From NCBI RefSeq assembly GCF_018350175.1, contig NC_058368.1, positions 232,936,001 through 233,000,000 of the forward strand: a stretch of DNA of 64,000 bases. The letters are read 5' to 3'. The stretch is from Felis catus (taxonomy: Eukaryota). Shown here in pieces: positions 12,152 to 24,413 of the stretch. The notes beneath the pieces were generated by a model. It was not told the origin of the DNA. It searched no databases and saw only the letters and a program-made list of their open reading frames with translations. Position 1 is the stretch's first letter. The number at the start of each line of letters is the position of its first letter. The position numbers were made by a program, and so were the translations under genes.

Positions 12152-13531
12152 AATAATGCATCAAGTCAAGATTGTCATAGACCAGAAATCCTCATTTTTT
12201 GTTTTAACTGTCTAAAGACAGTGCCTAATGCAATTTCTTTATGCGTACTCCTATTTGTTTCTTTAAGTGATGATACCCAGAGATGGACAGAACCAGGAGC
12301 ATGTCATATTACCCCTAAATTAACACTTATTTTTGTGGCGCTTGTCAAATATACACTTTGTAGCTTACATTTGGAACGGAATACTTTATCAGACAAAAGA
12401 AGGATGAAAGGGCGTGTCTGCCGTGCATACTATGGAATAAGGTTTTAGACATTTGCAGGGAGGTCAGGAAACCAACCAATGAGAATGCTTACCTTGATAC
12501 CGAAGTCATGCGATGCAGTGAATACACAGGATAACTCACAAATCACGTAAACCACGCACATGTCAGCCTGCAGAGCCATGATTTATTCCTGAGGGTTTGG
12601 AATTCCTCCCCAGGGTTGATCTGGCTCATGTTCGTAAATTACCCCAGGTTAACTGCAGGGGAAAGGTCCAGTTCTGAATTGTTTCATTCCTGCGCACATT
12701 ACTTCTATATTTAACTCCATTCCATACGTATCCCAATCACTGTGTCAGGCTTTGAAAAATGGATCCCGTTTGTTTCAGAGTTATAACCAAGTACATTGTG
12801 TAACATCTGTTAACAAAACAAACACATTCTTTAAGCAAAGCTCAGAGATGCCAAGATAACAGGATTAGCCCTTGGTGACTTTGTTTGTTTCGTGTAACTT
12901 TCACCCTTCTTTGGTTTCTCACTGGTCGGGTCTCCATCAACTGTCTCCTACGTGTATTTACAGAACATGAAAAACAAAGTAATCTCACTCGAAGTACTGC
13001 CAGAGAAACCTGGCTCAGTTTCCCAATTTTCAGTACAATAAGTGATCTGTTCCTAGCTAGAGTACTCGTGTGGGTTGATGCTAATGCACTTTTATACATG
13101 GTACTTTTCAGCTGATGAAATCACTACAGGAAATTTTCCCAGATTTTACATGCCATGAGTTTGCCGAATGTCTACACTTCTACACTTTGCGGATCTTACA
13201 ATCCGCATGTTATGTAAGACCTCATATACTTCTGGTGAATCCTAAGGGGCAATATAAGAGATGGGGCCTGAAAATGTATATAAATGTGTGTGACACACTG
13301 GTGATTCTTGGAAGGAAAGCACTACATAAATCCCTGTTAAAAAAAAAAAAACTGTCATATATGTATCCTTTAGTGGTTGGATCAGGTTATTTTAAGCATT
13401 TTTATGAAATAAAGTAAGTAAAAATGTAGGCTTATTTGAAATAAAGGAGATAGTATATAACCAGTACCCTTTTCCAATAGGCTTGAAAATCCCAGGTATA
13501 GTGCGCTCTTATAAAACTTGCCAAAGCATTT

Positions 13532-13666
13532 GGGACGCCTTGGTGGCTCAGTTGGTTAACTGTCCAACTCTTGATTTCCGCTCAGGTCGTGATCTCATGG
13601 TTCATGGGAACCATCCCTGAGTTGGGCTCTGCCTGCTTGGGATTCTCTCCTTCCTCACCCCGATCA

Positions 13667-13708
<42 letters not shown>

Positions 13709-13779
13709 GTCTCTCTGTCTCTCTCTCTCTCTCACTGTTTCTCTCTCTCTCTCTCAAAATAAATAAATAAACATAAAAA
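13532..13779 (+). mobile_element. CAN-SINE
   Basis: Perfect 17-bp TSD AAAACTTGCCAAAGCAT at 13513-13529 and 13780-13796. Confidence 0.96.
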
Positions 13780-14055
13780 AAAACTTGCCAAAGCATAGAG
13801 TCCATTTAAATATATTACTTTCCTGGAAAACAAGGCAAATAGGTACAGCAAACATTTATAAATAGAAACAAATATTGTATTGTGTCCTGTACTATGAGTT
13901 GGGGGAGAAAATGTTTTTCAAGCCGCTTGCAGTAATGTGTGGGTGAGCTGATCAACATTTATGGCACCCGCCCTCCATGCGTGAAGTATATCACTCTTTC
14001 AGGGATAGGGCTAAAATCAGTCTCCCGGATCATTGGGAAGGTGAGGGCATGAATC

Positions 14056-14275
14056 TTTTTAAATTTTTTTTTTAACGTTTATTTTATTTTTGAGACAGAG
14101 AGAGACAGAGCATGAACGGGGGAGGGTCAGAGAGAGGGAGACACAGAATCTGAAACGGGCTCCAGGCTCTGAGCTGTCAGCACAGAGCCAGACGCAGGGC
14201 TCGAACTCACGGACCGCGAGATCATGACCTGAGCCGAAGTCGGCGGCTTAACCGACTGAGCCACCCAGGCGCCCC
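14056..14275 (-). mobile_element. CAN-SINE (SINEC_Fc), CpG-rich, no clear TSD
   Basis: Near-consensus antisense SINE. Confidence 0.96.
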
Positions 14276-14934
14276 CCTCTTTGAGTAGCATATAAGTGGA
14301 CAGTTTTTTGTTTCCTGAATTCTTATTCCTCTTTCAGTTAAAATCTAGCACCAGAGCCAGGAACACTGCCTCCTTTTTACATATTTACTTACTTCTGGCA
14401 CAAACAAAGCTGTACTCTTAAATTAGGACAAATAAAATTTAGCCGTGGATAAATTAATAACTTAATGTGCAGATTTACAGAGCTATTCAACTCTGACTTT
14501 TCACTTCTAACACAATTTTTTTTTTAAATATGCAATCAGCAGACATAGAGGGAAGGACCCGGAGCCTCACATGAATTCCAGGGTGGTGACACTCAGACAT
14601 CATTACGGTTTGAATGTGACCCTCTGAGGTCCCAGTCTGCCCGCCCTTGACATCTCCAGGGAGGGCAAGGAGGACCACGTGGGCCCCTGAAAGCATACAT
14701 ATAAGGAATGTTACAGTTGAAGATATTTGCGAGAACTTTACTCTTCTCATTTGGAAAAAAAAGTGGGGGGAGGGTCTCTAATATTTCGGTAGCATCTAAG
14801 TGAATGGTTTTTTTGCTTCTTGAATTTTTCCACCTGCCTATGCATGCTTTTTTAGGAAACCAATCATATTTTAGTACAATACATATATTTCTCCCTCTCT
14901 CTTTGAGAAATGGCGCATTAAAAATGAACTGTCA

Positions 14935-15151
14935 GGGGCGCCTGGGTGGCTCAGTCGGTTGAGCATCTGACTTCGGCTCAGGTCGTGATCTCGAGGTTCG
15001 TGGGTTTGAGCCCCGTGTCGGGCTCTGTGCTGACAGCTCAGAGCCTGGAGCCTGCTTCGGATTCTGTGTTTTCCCTCTCTCTGCCCCTCCCCCACTCACG
15101 ATCTGTCCCTGACTCCCAAAAATAAATAAACGTTAAAAAACTTTTAAAAAA
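14935..15151 (+). mobile_element. CAN-SINE (SINEC_Fc)
   Basis: GGGGCGCCTGGGTGGCTCAGTCGGTT head, AATAAA tail. Confidence 0.96.
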
Positions 15152-17364
15152 TGGAAAAACAGTCCAGACCTTGAAACTAGTTTTTCAGTGATACTGTTAA
15201 TTCTCTGTCAGCCTCAATGATTAGAAAGCAAAGGGTAGCTCAAAAGTGATTCCTTAGACAGTCAGGCTGTTGTTCTTAAATACTGCGAATTATTTTTCAA
15301 TGGTGTTACTCTACTTTAGAATATTTGTAAATATTTGAACAACCAAGGTCCGGGTATTTTTAGAGAGGATTACCTTTTCGTTCACTCTTTGGCAATGATT
15401 ATTGCCAAATGAACACTTCTAGATCTTTTTTTATAGTTGGCAAGTGTATTTGCTTTTGGATTTTGTGCACATCACTTGCAACCGGAATGAGCACAAGCTA
15501 TTTTTGGAACCCACTCTTGGAAAGTGTATCAGTTGCCGATTTTAAAGCCTCTGGACTTTGGATCTGATTGATAACATCCTAATTTATACCATTATCCATT
15601 CTAGCAATTAGTGAGCCACTAACAGAAAAGAAAACCTATCTTTTAGACCCCAGGACGTTTACTATCGACTCTACTGAAAACAAATTGAGATCCAACCAAA
15701 CAGTTTCATTGTGATACAAGGAAGCTTAAGAGACGCGACAAACACAAAAGACGATTTATCTTGGAGCATGTAAGCAATATTTGCATTCTAACACTGAGAA
15801 GAGTAAAATCGACCATCCGTTTCAAGTTGATGCTGATTTGACGCTTTGAAGATTCTTAATTCTTTAATTTTAATTAAAATTCCTTAACTTTAAACGCTTG
15901 CAATTGTTCCAGAAGGAGACCACGGGTCAATTGCTGGCCCTTTGGTCTTTCTGTGTCGGCTTTAGTTTCCGTTGCTGGTTTATTCCATTTTCTCCGTGGG
16001 CCCTGAGAGTGGTGAGCAGTGGGGGGCTTCTGTGCCCACCGGCTGTGTCTTGTCCTCTCCCTGGAGTTCTGTCCTCGGACTGCCCAGCAGCAGAGCTGAG
16101 AGGTCACCTGCTCCAGGTGACCCCACATCTAAGTGCAGCCACTGTAGGCCCTTTATTCGAGCCCCTTACCCTTTAGGGCTCAGACTTGTCCTTCCGCCAG
16201 GTGTATGGGGATGATGACTCTCTGCCAAGTTGTTTATGTGACAAGTTGAAACTTGACGCCGGATTTTAATCCAGCGTCTGATGCAGACTAAGTCCTAGTC
16301 AATGGTGGCTCTTATTTCTATGGTTGGTGCCAGCTAACTCAATGCTGCAGACCCCACTGAGAGTCCCCCGCCAGGCGAGCGGAGACGGGCCTTCGGTTCT
16401 CTCTGGAACAACTGGTTAGACCACGATGTCCGTGACTGGCTTCAAAGATTTGGCCAACAGTCTGTGTTTGTGGAAAATGTACATTCAGAATAGAAAAATC
16501 TATGGGGTTTTTTTCCCCCCCTTCTGTATTTTTGGATTTGCTGTTTTGAGAATTTGCATGATTTCAGGTTTTAAGGACAAAGACAAAAGATGGGAGATGC
16601 TTGTGTTGAGAATGAAGAGAAGCCTTCTGACGTATGAACAACGAAGACTAACCAAGGCTGATGGCTGCAGTGTGCCATCGAATTTGTGAAAATATTATCA
16701 CACGTGGAAGGAAATACTCATCTTATGGAGTCGAAGAAAACCCGCCATTCCCAGACTGCACTGGGGCCACCACTGCCGAGCTTTCTTCTGCCCGCACTCC
16801 TGGGATTTGCAATCATGTCGTCTGTACTTGAGAGGACAAAGAGAAGTCAGGCGATGGGAGAAGGGGCAGCCGTGGCTAGGAGGTGCCCCACGGGGTGTCA
16901 TCAGTGAGCAGACCCTCATTCTTCTCCAGGACAACGGGGTGGAGGGGGGGGAGACGTCAAACCTCCCTTTTGTCATTCTTTGTTGTGACCATCTGGTTTG
17001 GGTTCCAAACAGGCCTTTGTAGCTGCACTTAATCGTGACACAGCCCCGTTCATGATGAGGACGGTCCCTGGGTGTTCAGAAATAAAGGAGTCTGAAGCGG
17101 GAAGGGAAGTGACAGAATCGGGGTGAGGAAATGGCGTGTGCGTTTCATTCGGCGGGAATTGGGATCTGACACGATCAGCGGGTTCTTGGGTGACGGTCAT
17201 GGGCTCAGTCCCCATGGGCCAGTGACATCTCCTCCTACTTCTGATGGGAGTGTTCTCTCTAGCCTGGGTTCCCCATGCCCTTTCCTCCTCTTGACTGTCC
17301 TGATCTCCATAGAATGGTCAGTGATGGGTGCGAATTTTCATTTTGAGATAAATGTGACAGTGGC

Positions 17365-17605
17365 TTTATTTTATTTATTTATTTTTTTAAATTTTTTTTT
17401 CAACGTTTTTATTTATTTTTGGGACAGAGAGAGACAGAGCATGAACGGGGGAGGGGCAGAGAGAGAGGGAGACACAGAATTGGAAACAGGCTCCAGGCTC
17501 CGAGCCATCAGCCCAGAGCCCGACGCGGGGCTCGAACTCACGGACCGCGAGATCGTGACCTGGCTGAAGTCGGATGCTTAACCAACTGCGCCACCCAGGC
17601 GCCCC
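17365..17605 (-). mobile_element. CAN-SINE, young felid variant
   Basis: Diagnostic sense-strand GGCGCAG, TTCAGCCAGG, CTGGGCTGATGG; short TSD CTTTATTTT. Confidence 0.96.
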
Positions 17606-18330
17606 TTTATTTTTTTTAAAAATGAGAATAATTTTTCTCCCAAGATTTTCTGCAACGCTTTTTGATCCAAAGAAGGTTGGCTCTTCAAATCGGTTCCTCC
17701 CCAAAATGTAAAACTCAGAGCATGCAGAAGTTGCTTTAAATGCATCAAGCAGGTCTTAGCGAGGCAACTGTTTTCATTGTTTGCCATTCGTATTCTCATT
17801 CTTTTGGCTCAGGGCCTTTTTATTTCCTTTTGCCACTGTGTTCCAGTAATGAAATTGCTCGTGTGTTCGGATAGATCCTGCTATCCCGAAAGACATCAGA
17901 CTAGCGCATTTAATTGTTTGAAAAGGCGCTTCTTATCGACTGACCCGTATTTTTGTGTAAAGCGATTACTACATATGAGGAATGGCACATAGAGATATCA
18001 ATAACCCAACTGTGAGGCACAGTTTAATGACCGCAATCAGGGAGTGAAGCGTTTACAAGGTTGCTTCCAGCCTGCTCCTCATTCATTCTGGGTCCTTGGC
18101 TAAGATTTTAAATCTCTGGCTCCTGGTTGCCCACCTGCCACTGCCCATCCAGTTTGGAAAAATGAAAAGGCCAATTCCTCACAAGGTGTTGTGGTGTTGC
18201 TTATTAAGTAAGGCTGCTGTACCATCTTTTCTGGGGGTGTGCTTAAGGTAGACAGCCTAGGAATCAAAGTCAAGAAAACATCTACCTCTCGGAGTCCAAT
18301 CGATTGAAAAAGAACATATTTTTACAGTGG

Positions 18331-18542
18331 GTTTTTTTGTTTGTTTGTTTTTTGTTTTTTTTTGGGGGGGGTAGAGAGAGTGAATGGAAGAGAGGCAGAA
18401 AGAGAGGGAAAGAGAATCTCAAGCAGGCTCCACCCCGACAGTGCAGAGCCCGATGTGGGCTTGAATTCACGAACCATGAGATTGTGACCTGAGCCGAAAT
18501 GAAGAGTGGGGTGCTTAACTGGCTGAGCCACCAAGGCGTCTC
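18331..18542 (-). mobile_element. CAN-SINE (older)
   Basis: Antisense head and AGAGAATCTCAAGCAGGCTCC; degenerate tail. Confidence 0.9.
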
Positions 18543-18919
18543 AAAAGGGAGCATTTTAAAGAGGGCAATCCAAGAAGAGATGGGAGGTTTATGGGAAGAT
18601 CTCAGAAGAAAGAGCTAGTGAGGAAAAGTTGAGATAATTAAGAATAAATAACCTGCTTTAAGAATCCTTATCCTTCAGATGTCCTCAACTGTGATGGTAC
18701 AGCCTGGGGCTCCCACTTGTGAGAGCACCTCCAATCCCAACCCCAACAAGTCTCTCTGGCTTGCCGAGGTCAACACGTTTAAGATGCATTTCAGACGTGC
18801 CTGGACAGGGTGCCCAGCAGTTAAGTCCAACACAAGTGAATCCGTATGTAGACTGAGCTTCAGGGGTGAGAGGGTCTAACATGTGTTAAGGAACCTGTAT
18901 CAGAACTTCACTTGTCTCA

Positions 18920-19141
18920 GGGGTGCCTGGGTGGCTCAGCTGGTTAAGCATCTGACTCTTGATTTCAGCTCAGGTCATGATCTCAGGGCTTGTGAGATCG
19001 GGCCCCAAGCCAGCCTCCTCGCTAACGGTGCACGGAGCCTGCTTGGTATTCTCTCTTTCCCTTCCTTTCTTCCCCTCTCCTACTGAGGTGCACGCATGCA
19101 TGTGCTCTCTCTCTCTCTCTCTCTCTCTCAAAATAAATAAA
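18920..19141 (+). mobile_element. CAN-SINE
   Basis: TSD AGAACTTC(A/T)CTTGTCTCA at 18902-18919 and 19142-19159 (17/18). Confidence 0.95.
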
Positions 19142-19686
19142 AGAACTTCTCTTGTCTCAGAGATGGGTAATTCTGCATGATGGCAACTTGATGTGTGCCG
19201 TTCCGATCTGTGGTTCAACTCAGCAATCACCGCAGTCATGAGTCAGTGCAGTGAAAATGAGGGGTACTTACAGAAAGAAGGGGAAGGATGTAAGAATGCT
19301 CCTTCCTGTGGCTCCAGTGTCTGCGGGTCGGCCTCACCCTCCATGGTCCCAACTTCCACGAGGTAGTCTCTATAAGATAGAAGGTTCTAGCTGCTGGGCT
19401 CTGGAAATGCTCCTTGTTCCCATTACTCCGTCAGCCCCAGGAATGGGGAGAGCATACAAGTGTTTACCATCACCGTGATTGCCTTTCATTTGACTTCTCA
19501 TTCTCCCATGCCGTGTATAAGTCCCTGTATTGAATTGTCCGTGTTTAAAGACCTCTGGAGCGCCTGCTCTTTTCTTGCCTGGTCTCTGACAGATACAGAG
19601 AAAGTCTACTGGGGCTCCCTTAAGTAAATCAAGGGAAAGAGGCAAGAGACCAGTGAATTGGGCCAATTACTCTGAATAGACACCTC

Positions 19687-20255
19687 TGTACACATAGTCT
19701 GCTGAGGCTAGAAAACCTCAAGTTGCCCATTGTGAAACTTAGTGGCTGGAAACATCGATGTGCTCAAAATTTTGCAGTTTGGCCAGGGACGTCATCAGGG
19801 ACAACTCCACTCCCCTCCACATGGCATCAGGTGGGTGTCCAAAATAGGGCTGGAAGTTCCATTTCCAAATGGCCTCCCTTCTACGGCTTTTTCCTGGCTG
19901 TTGGCTGCGTACTCGGCTGGGATTGTGGGTCCCACCCTCTGTATTGCCCTGCATGGTGTCTTCATGTGACCGTGTTGGTCTTCTCACGGTATGGCCATCT
20001 TGGATTAGTCAAACTCTTACATAGTTTGGCTTCCTTTCGAGTACAAAAGCAGAGGCTTCCAGGAATATTTAATTTCTGAGCTCAGAAATCCCAGAATATT
20101 ATTTACAGCACCTTGCAGTGTTCAAATTAACCACAGATTAACTAGATTCCAAGGCAGGGGAACTTGCCTTCATCTCTACATGAAGATAACATTATACAAG
20201 AGCAGGTGGGGATGGAGATGTGTTTCTGCCATCTTTGGAAATATGATCTCTCGTA
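19687..20255 (-). mobile_element. MaLR MLT1-type solo LTR (MLT1H-like)
   Basis: AAACTTAGTGGCT, CTCCACATGGCATCAG, GTCAAACTCTTACAT, TAGATTCCAAGG and GCCATCTTTGGAAA resemble antisense MLT1. Confidence 0.7.
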
Positions 20256-20720
20256 GCTGGTTAGTTGGGTTGCATGCATTTACTTGTCCTACTCCACACC
20301 AGTTTTCTTATGGATAGGGTACCGATGCATCAAATTCAGCTCAGCAAGGATACGGAAACTTATTCTCCAACTATACTCAGCTTCTCTTTGATTCTTTCTT
20401 CTTTGATGTATGTGAATATTTTGCTAACATACCTCTCCTATCCTTTTCTCTTGCAATCCACCACTTGTGTTGAGCCATCACTGTCTTTTCTAACTGCAAC
20501 TAAATGCCTTCTTTTTTTAACTTACCGTGCATCTATAATATTACTTTTCTCCTCTCAGTTGTCGGTCTTCTCTCTTTTCTCATCCCTCTCAAATACCTTC
20601 TTTCTATCACCTTTTCCCCGAAGCCAACAATACTTTGCTAATTCTTGCCTCAATTATTTCCCTTTCAAAAGAAGATTGCTTCCATATACTATAAAAATAC
20701 CTCACTGGATCCCAAACCAA

Positions 20721-20818
20721 CGACACCTGGCTGGTTCACCGATACAACATGCAACTCTTGATCTCAAAGTCATGACTTCAAGCCCCACATTGGGTGTGGA
20801 TCCTACCAAAAAAAAAAA
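20721..20818 (+). mobile_element. Short tRNA-Lys-derived carnivore SINE lacking the CT tract
   Basis: CACCTGGCTGG...CTCTTGATCTC...TTCAAGCCCCACATTGGGTGT plus poly-A; degenerate TSD TGGATCCCAAACCAA / TGAATCTCAAGCCAA. Confidence 0.85.
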
Positions 20819-21166
20819 TGAATCTCAAGCCAAAACTTGGGGCATAGGAGAGATTATGGGCCAACCATCTCTATAATATCGTGTGCATTATTTAGTGAAA
20901 ATGAAAGAGATTGTCCATTACAGTAGTTTTGTAAACACCATCAAAAGGTCCTCAGTCTCAATCATAATTCCAAGATTTGTCAACTCATCTTCATATGAAT
21001 TGGTAAAGAGAATCATGGTACCTGCTTCCATCCAAGCTCCCTCAAATATTTCTCATAAGAACAATTGTGTTCAGGGTTTTATACCAATTATAATTTGAAA
21101 AAAAATATGTACATACAGTGATTACTTACTCTATATTAGGAAGAACCAAAACTTTCTCCACTGGGG

Positions 21167-21863
21167 CAGAGGTTTCAAACTCATTTGGTTCATAGCACAT
21201 GTACCATCTCAGCTACTTGTTCATTGGGACGGCTAGGCCAAAAGACATGCCTACAATTCAGCTAATTATGTAGTTAAATCTAAACAACTTTGTAAGCTTT
21301 TAAGTCCTGATTCGCTAGCACCTATTGGGCATTGAACAAATTCTTAATCCTTGGAATTATATTGGATACTGCCATTCTAATTTCCTGTTCCACATTGATT
21401 TTTACTTAGTGCTTGCTTTTCATTATAGCTATTCCCCAAATCCAGACTCACAAATGTGGGATGACATCAAAAGTAATATAACAATTTAATGTTAAAATTG
21501 CGAACTACCACAGACTAGCAGGTCCCATGGTGTCAGACAAATGTCGCTATGTTTCACTAGATAATTAAAGATATGCCTTCAGGGGGCCTGGGTGGCTCAG
21601 TCGGTTAAGTGTCCTACTTCAGCTCAGGTTGTGATCTTGCGGTCCGTGAGTTCGAGCCCCGCGTTGGGCTCTGTGCTGACAGCTCAGAGCCTGAAGCCTG
21701 TTTCGGATTCTGTGTCTCCCTCTCTCTGACCCTCCCCCATTCATGCTCTGTCTCTCGCTTTCTCAAAAATAAATAAACGTTAAAAAAAAAAAAAGATATC
21801 CCTTGGTTGCCCAAGAGTTGCTACAGAGTCCAAGGAACCACGGCACAGAGTTTGGGAATTGTG
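21167..21863 (-). mobile_element. hAT-Charlie non-autonomous element (MER119/Charlie7-like), interrupted by a SINE
   Basis: TIR-like ends CAGAGGTTTCAAACT / AGTTTGGGAATTGTG; internal ATTTCCTGTTCCACATTGATTTT resembles the recalled consensus. Confidence 0.65.
21582..21791 (+). mobile_element. CAN-SINE (SINEC_Fc)
   Basis: TSD AAAGATAT(G/C)CCTT at 21567-21579 and 21792-21804. Confidence 0.96.
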
Positions 21864-21871
21864 TTCTAGAA

Positions 21872-22056
21872 TAGCAGTTCTCAAAAAGGGTGCTTTTGCG
21901 CCCCAGGGGACACATGATTGTCGCAACTTGGGTGCTACTGGCATCTAGAAGGTAGTGGCCCGTGACACCGCTAAATATCCTCTAACACATGGGACAACCA
22001 CACAACAGAGAATTATCCAGCCCCACTGTCAATAGTGCCAAAGTCAAGAAACCCTC
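21872..22056 (+). mobile_element. MER20 (hAT-Charlie MITE)
   Basis: TGCTACTGGCATCTAG, GAATTATCCAGCCCC, TGTCAATAGTGCC, AGAAACCCT; 8-bp TSD TTCTAGAA / TTCTAGGT fits the Charlie NTCTAGAN target. Confidence 0.88.
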
Positions 22057-22120
22057 TTCTAGGTGTTTGGAAATGGTGACCACGTTAGGTCAAGGAAAGA
22101 TTTTTGTTTCTCTGTTTTCT

Positions 22121-22313
22121 TTTTTTTAAAACAATTTTAAAATATTTATTTATTTTGGGGGGGGGGCAATGGAGGGGCAGAGAGAGAGGGAGACGCAGAA
22201 TCTGAATCAGGCTTCAAGCTCTGCACTGTCAGCACAGAGCCCAATGCGGGGCTTAAACCCACGAACCGTGAGATCATGACTTGAGTCGAAATCAGATGCC
22301 ACCCAGGCGCTCC
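22121..22313 (-). mobile_element. CAN-SINE with internal deletion in the head
   Basis: Perfect 12-bp TSD TCTCTGTTTTCT at 22109-22120 and 22314-22325. Confidence 0.93.
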
Positions 22314-22778
22314 TCTCTGTTTTCTAATCTTTGTAACCAGTCTCTGATCTTTCACAACATCTTGGGATCTGATATCTGGCATAACCCCCTCTTTTGTAAA
22401 AGTGAAGACTGAAGAAAGAAAGGATGGGGATACTGAAGACAGATTCCAAAAGTTCAGTGGAACTTTTTGTGACTTGTTCAGCTCGCATGGGGCTTCTGTC
22501 TCATCCAAAATTACTGTTGGTAAGAAATACATTCTATGAGCTAACGCACTAGAATATAAACAAACCCCTTCTCCCCTTTCAATTGAGTATCTTTTTATAC
22601 CTGCTTTGCTGGCTCTGCTTTGGATTTGTAGGTCTCTTGTTTTCCAATTCACTTCTAAAATATATTACTTCGTGAGAGGAAAAAAAAAAGGCTTCTCGGA
22701 AATCTGAGAAGAAATGACAAAACATCATGAAAATAAAATGAAAGAGAATAAAGGAAAACCGTTGAAATTTTGGATCAT

Positions 22779-22793
22779 CTGCGAGGGGGCGCT
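22779..22793 (+). promoter_or_regulatory. Candidate CTCF site
   Basis: CTGCGAGGGGGCGCT is close to the CTCF core CCRSNAGRKGGCRS, with two retained CpGs in AT-rich DNA. Confidence 0.35.
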
Positions 22794-24305
22794 TAACAAT
22801 AACAATAACAAATTATGAACAAGAAGAGGTAGAAGGAAAACATCCACAAAATATCTGCTGTAGACGATCATGGGCAGAACATAGGTCAGGTGAAATATTG
22901 AACCCTGTGTGTCTTCCAATAGACCCTGGAGAGTTTGTAACCAGTTTGGCAGAGACAGGTGTGTGAGTAAGAGATCACAGGAAATGTGGTCGGTGCTCTC
23001 ATAGAAACCCTTAGTGGCTCCAGGAGACAGAAGGTGAGGAGCCTAAGAGCCTTCGGGAAGACTTCACAGAGCGGGTGGAATCAACCTGGGTCTTTGGGAG
23101 TTATTAGGGTGTTGTGAGAAGAAATGGCTAAGAGTCCCCCCGACCGCTGAAACAGTATGTACAAAGCAAAGAGGCACCAAGAGCATCGCCTTGTAAGGAA
23201 ATGGCGGACATTATGGGTGCTAGGAGGATGGGATACATCCACTGGAGAGGTGGGAAAGGAGAGTAGAACTCACCCACCTGACCATCGCGAATAGGCTGGA
23301 ACCCCCGGCCACCCTGGGAAAGAGAAATGCGAAAGCAACAAGGGTTAGACGGGGGATCGATCCCCAGCAGTTGAGCTTGTATTGAGTGGAGGGCAATGCA
23401 TGGAGGGGCCGAGTTGTCAGGAATACGCAACAGGTACAGCCGGAAAGCTGAGAGACGTTGGGGTCAGATTCCTCCGACGCTTCACTCAAGAGACAAGCGG
23501 ATACTTTAGGGGCACCTAATGGTGGTGCAAAAGGCACATACCCCCAATCCAGAATATCTGGGGAGTGCTGGGGCTGGGGAGACAGAAAAACAAAGACGTA
23601 TGGGAGCGCATGATTGGACTTTCAAGATACAAAATTATAGGTGTGCCTAGTCGGTGGTTCTTGAGCATTTCAAATATCATTTTTCTCTTTTGGGTAATGA
23701 TTTCAAGCTGAACATCACAAATAAATTCTCACTAATGTTCCTTTTCAGATCAATTACTGTGAATTAATTGCGTATTTTTATATAGTAAACAAATCTAATG
23801 ATTTGTAAACTTCCTCCAGCCTGCTGTGAGTCATGCTGCTTCTTGAAACCGTCACCATTTTATTTACTTGTGCTGGCAGATGTTTTCCCTCCCACAGAAT
23901 GAAGCTATCAATCTGCAAGTATAGGCGGAGAGGAGCCTAATTTCTAACGTAAATACGGACTTTGCGGGCAGGGGGGCAATGGTTCTCCAGGTGCCGTCTC
24001 TAGAGCTGGTTCTTGGGTACTTGAAATTGATGAGAAGCCCTTCCTTTGTGAGAAAGGATACTGAGGAAAACTTCCTTAAAGACCACTTTCTCTCTAATGC
24101 CCCCCTGCCTTCAGGAGCCTAACATCTTGACTCCCAGTGTCTGTGATCTTAGAACCTGGGACTACTGGCTATTTGCCTGTAAGGGACTTTGCCAATGGTT
24201 GGGCAGCAAAAGGGATGCTCTGGAACAGCCCAGAAAAGTGTGTACGGAGATGGGTTCACTGGCACCTCCCAGTGTGTGATTTAATGGCCATTCTCATCTT
24301 CTTTA

Positions 24306-24342
24306 CTTCCTCTCCTCCTCCTCTTCCTCCCCCTCCTCCTTC

Positions 24343-24413
<71 letters not shown>

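Noticed and set aside
20721..20818. tRNA-Lys-like sequence (also 48718-48837 and all SINE heads)
   Set aside because: Diverged, poly-A tailed and TSD-flanked: retroposed SINEs, not functional tRNA genes.
20265..20876. 203-aa plus-strand ORF
   Set aside because: Leu/Ser/Phe-rich read-through of pyrimidine-rich DNA that runs into a SINE; TTG start, no recognisable domain.
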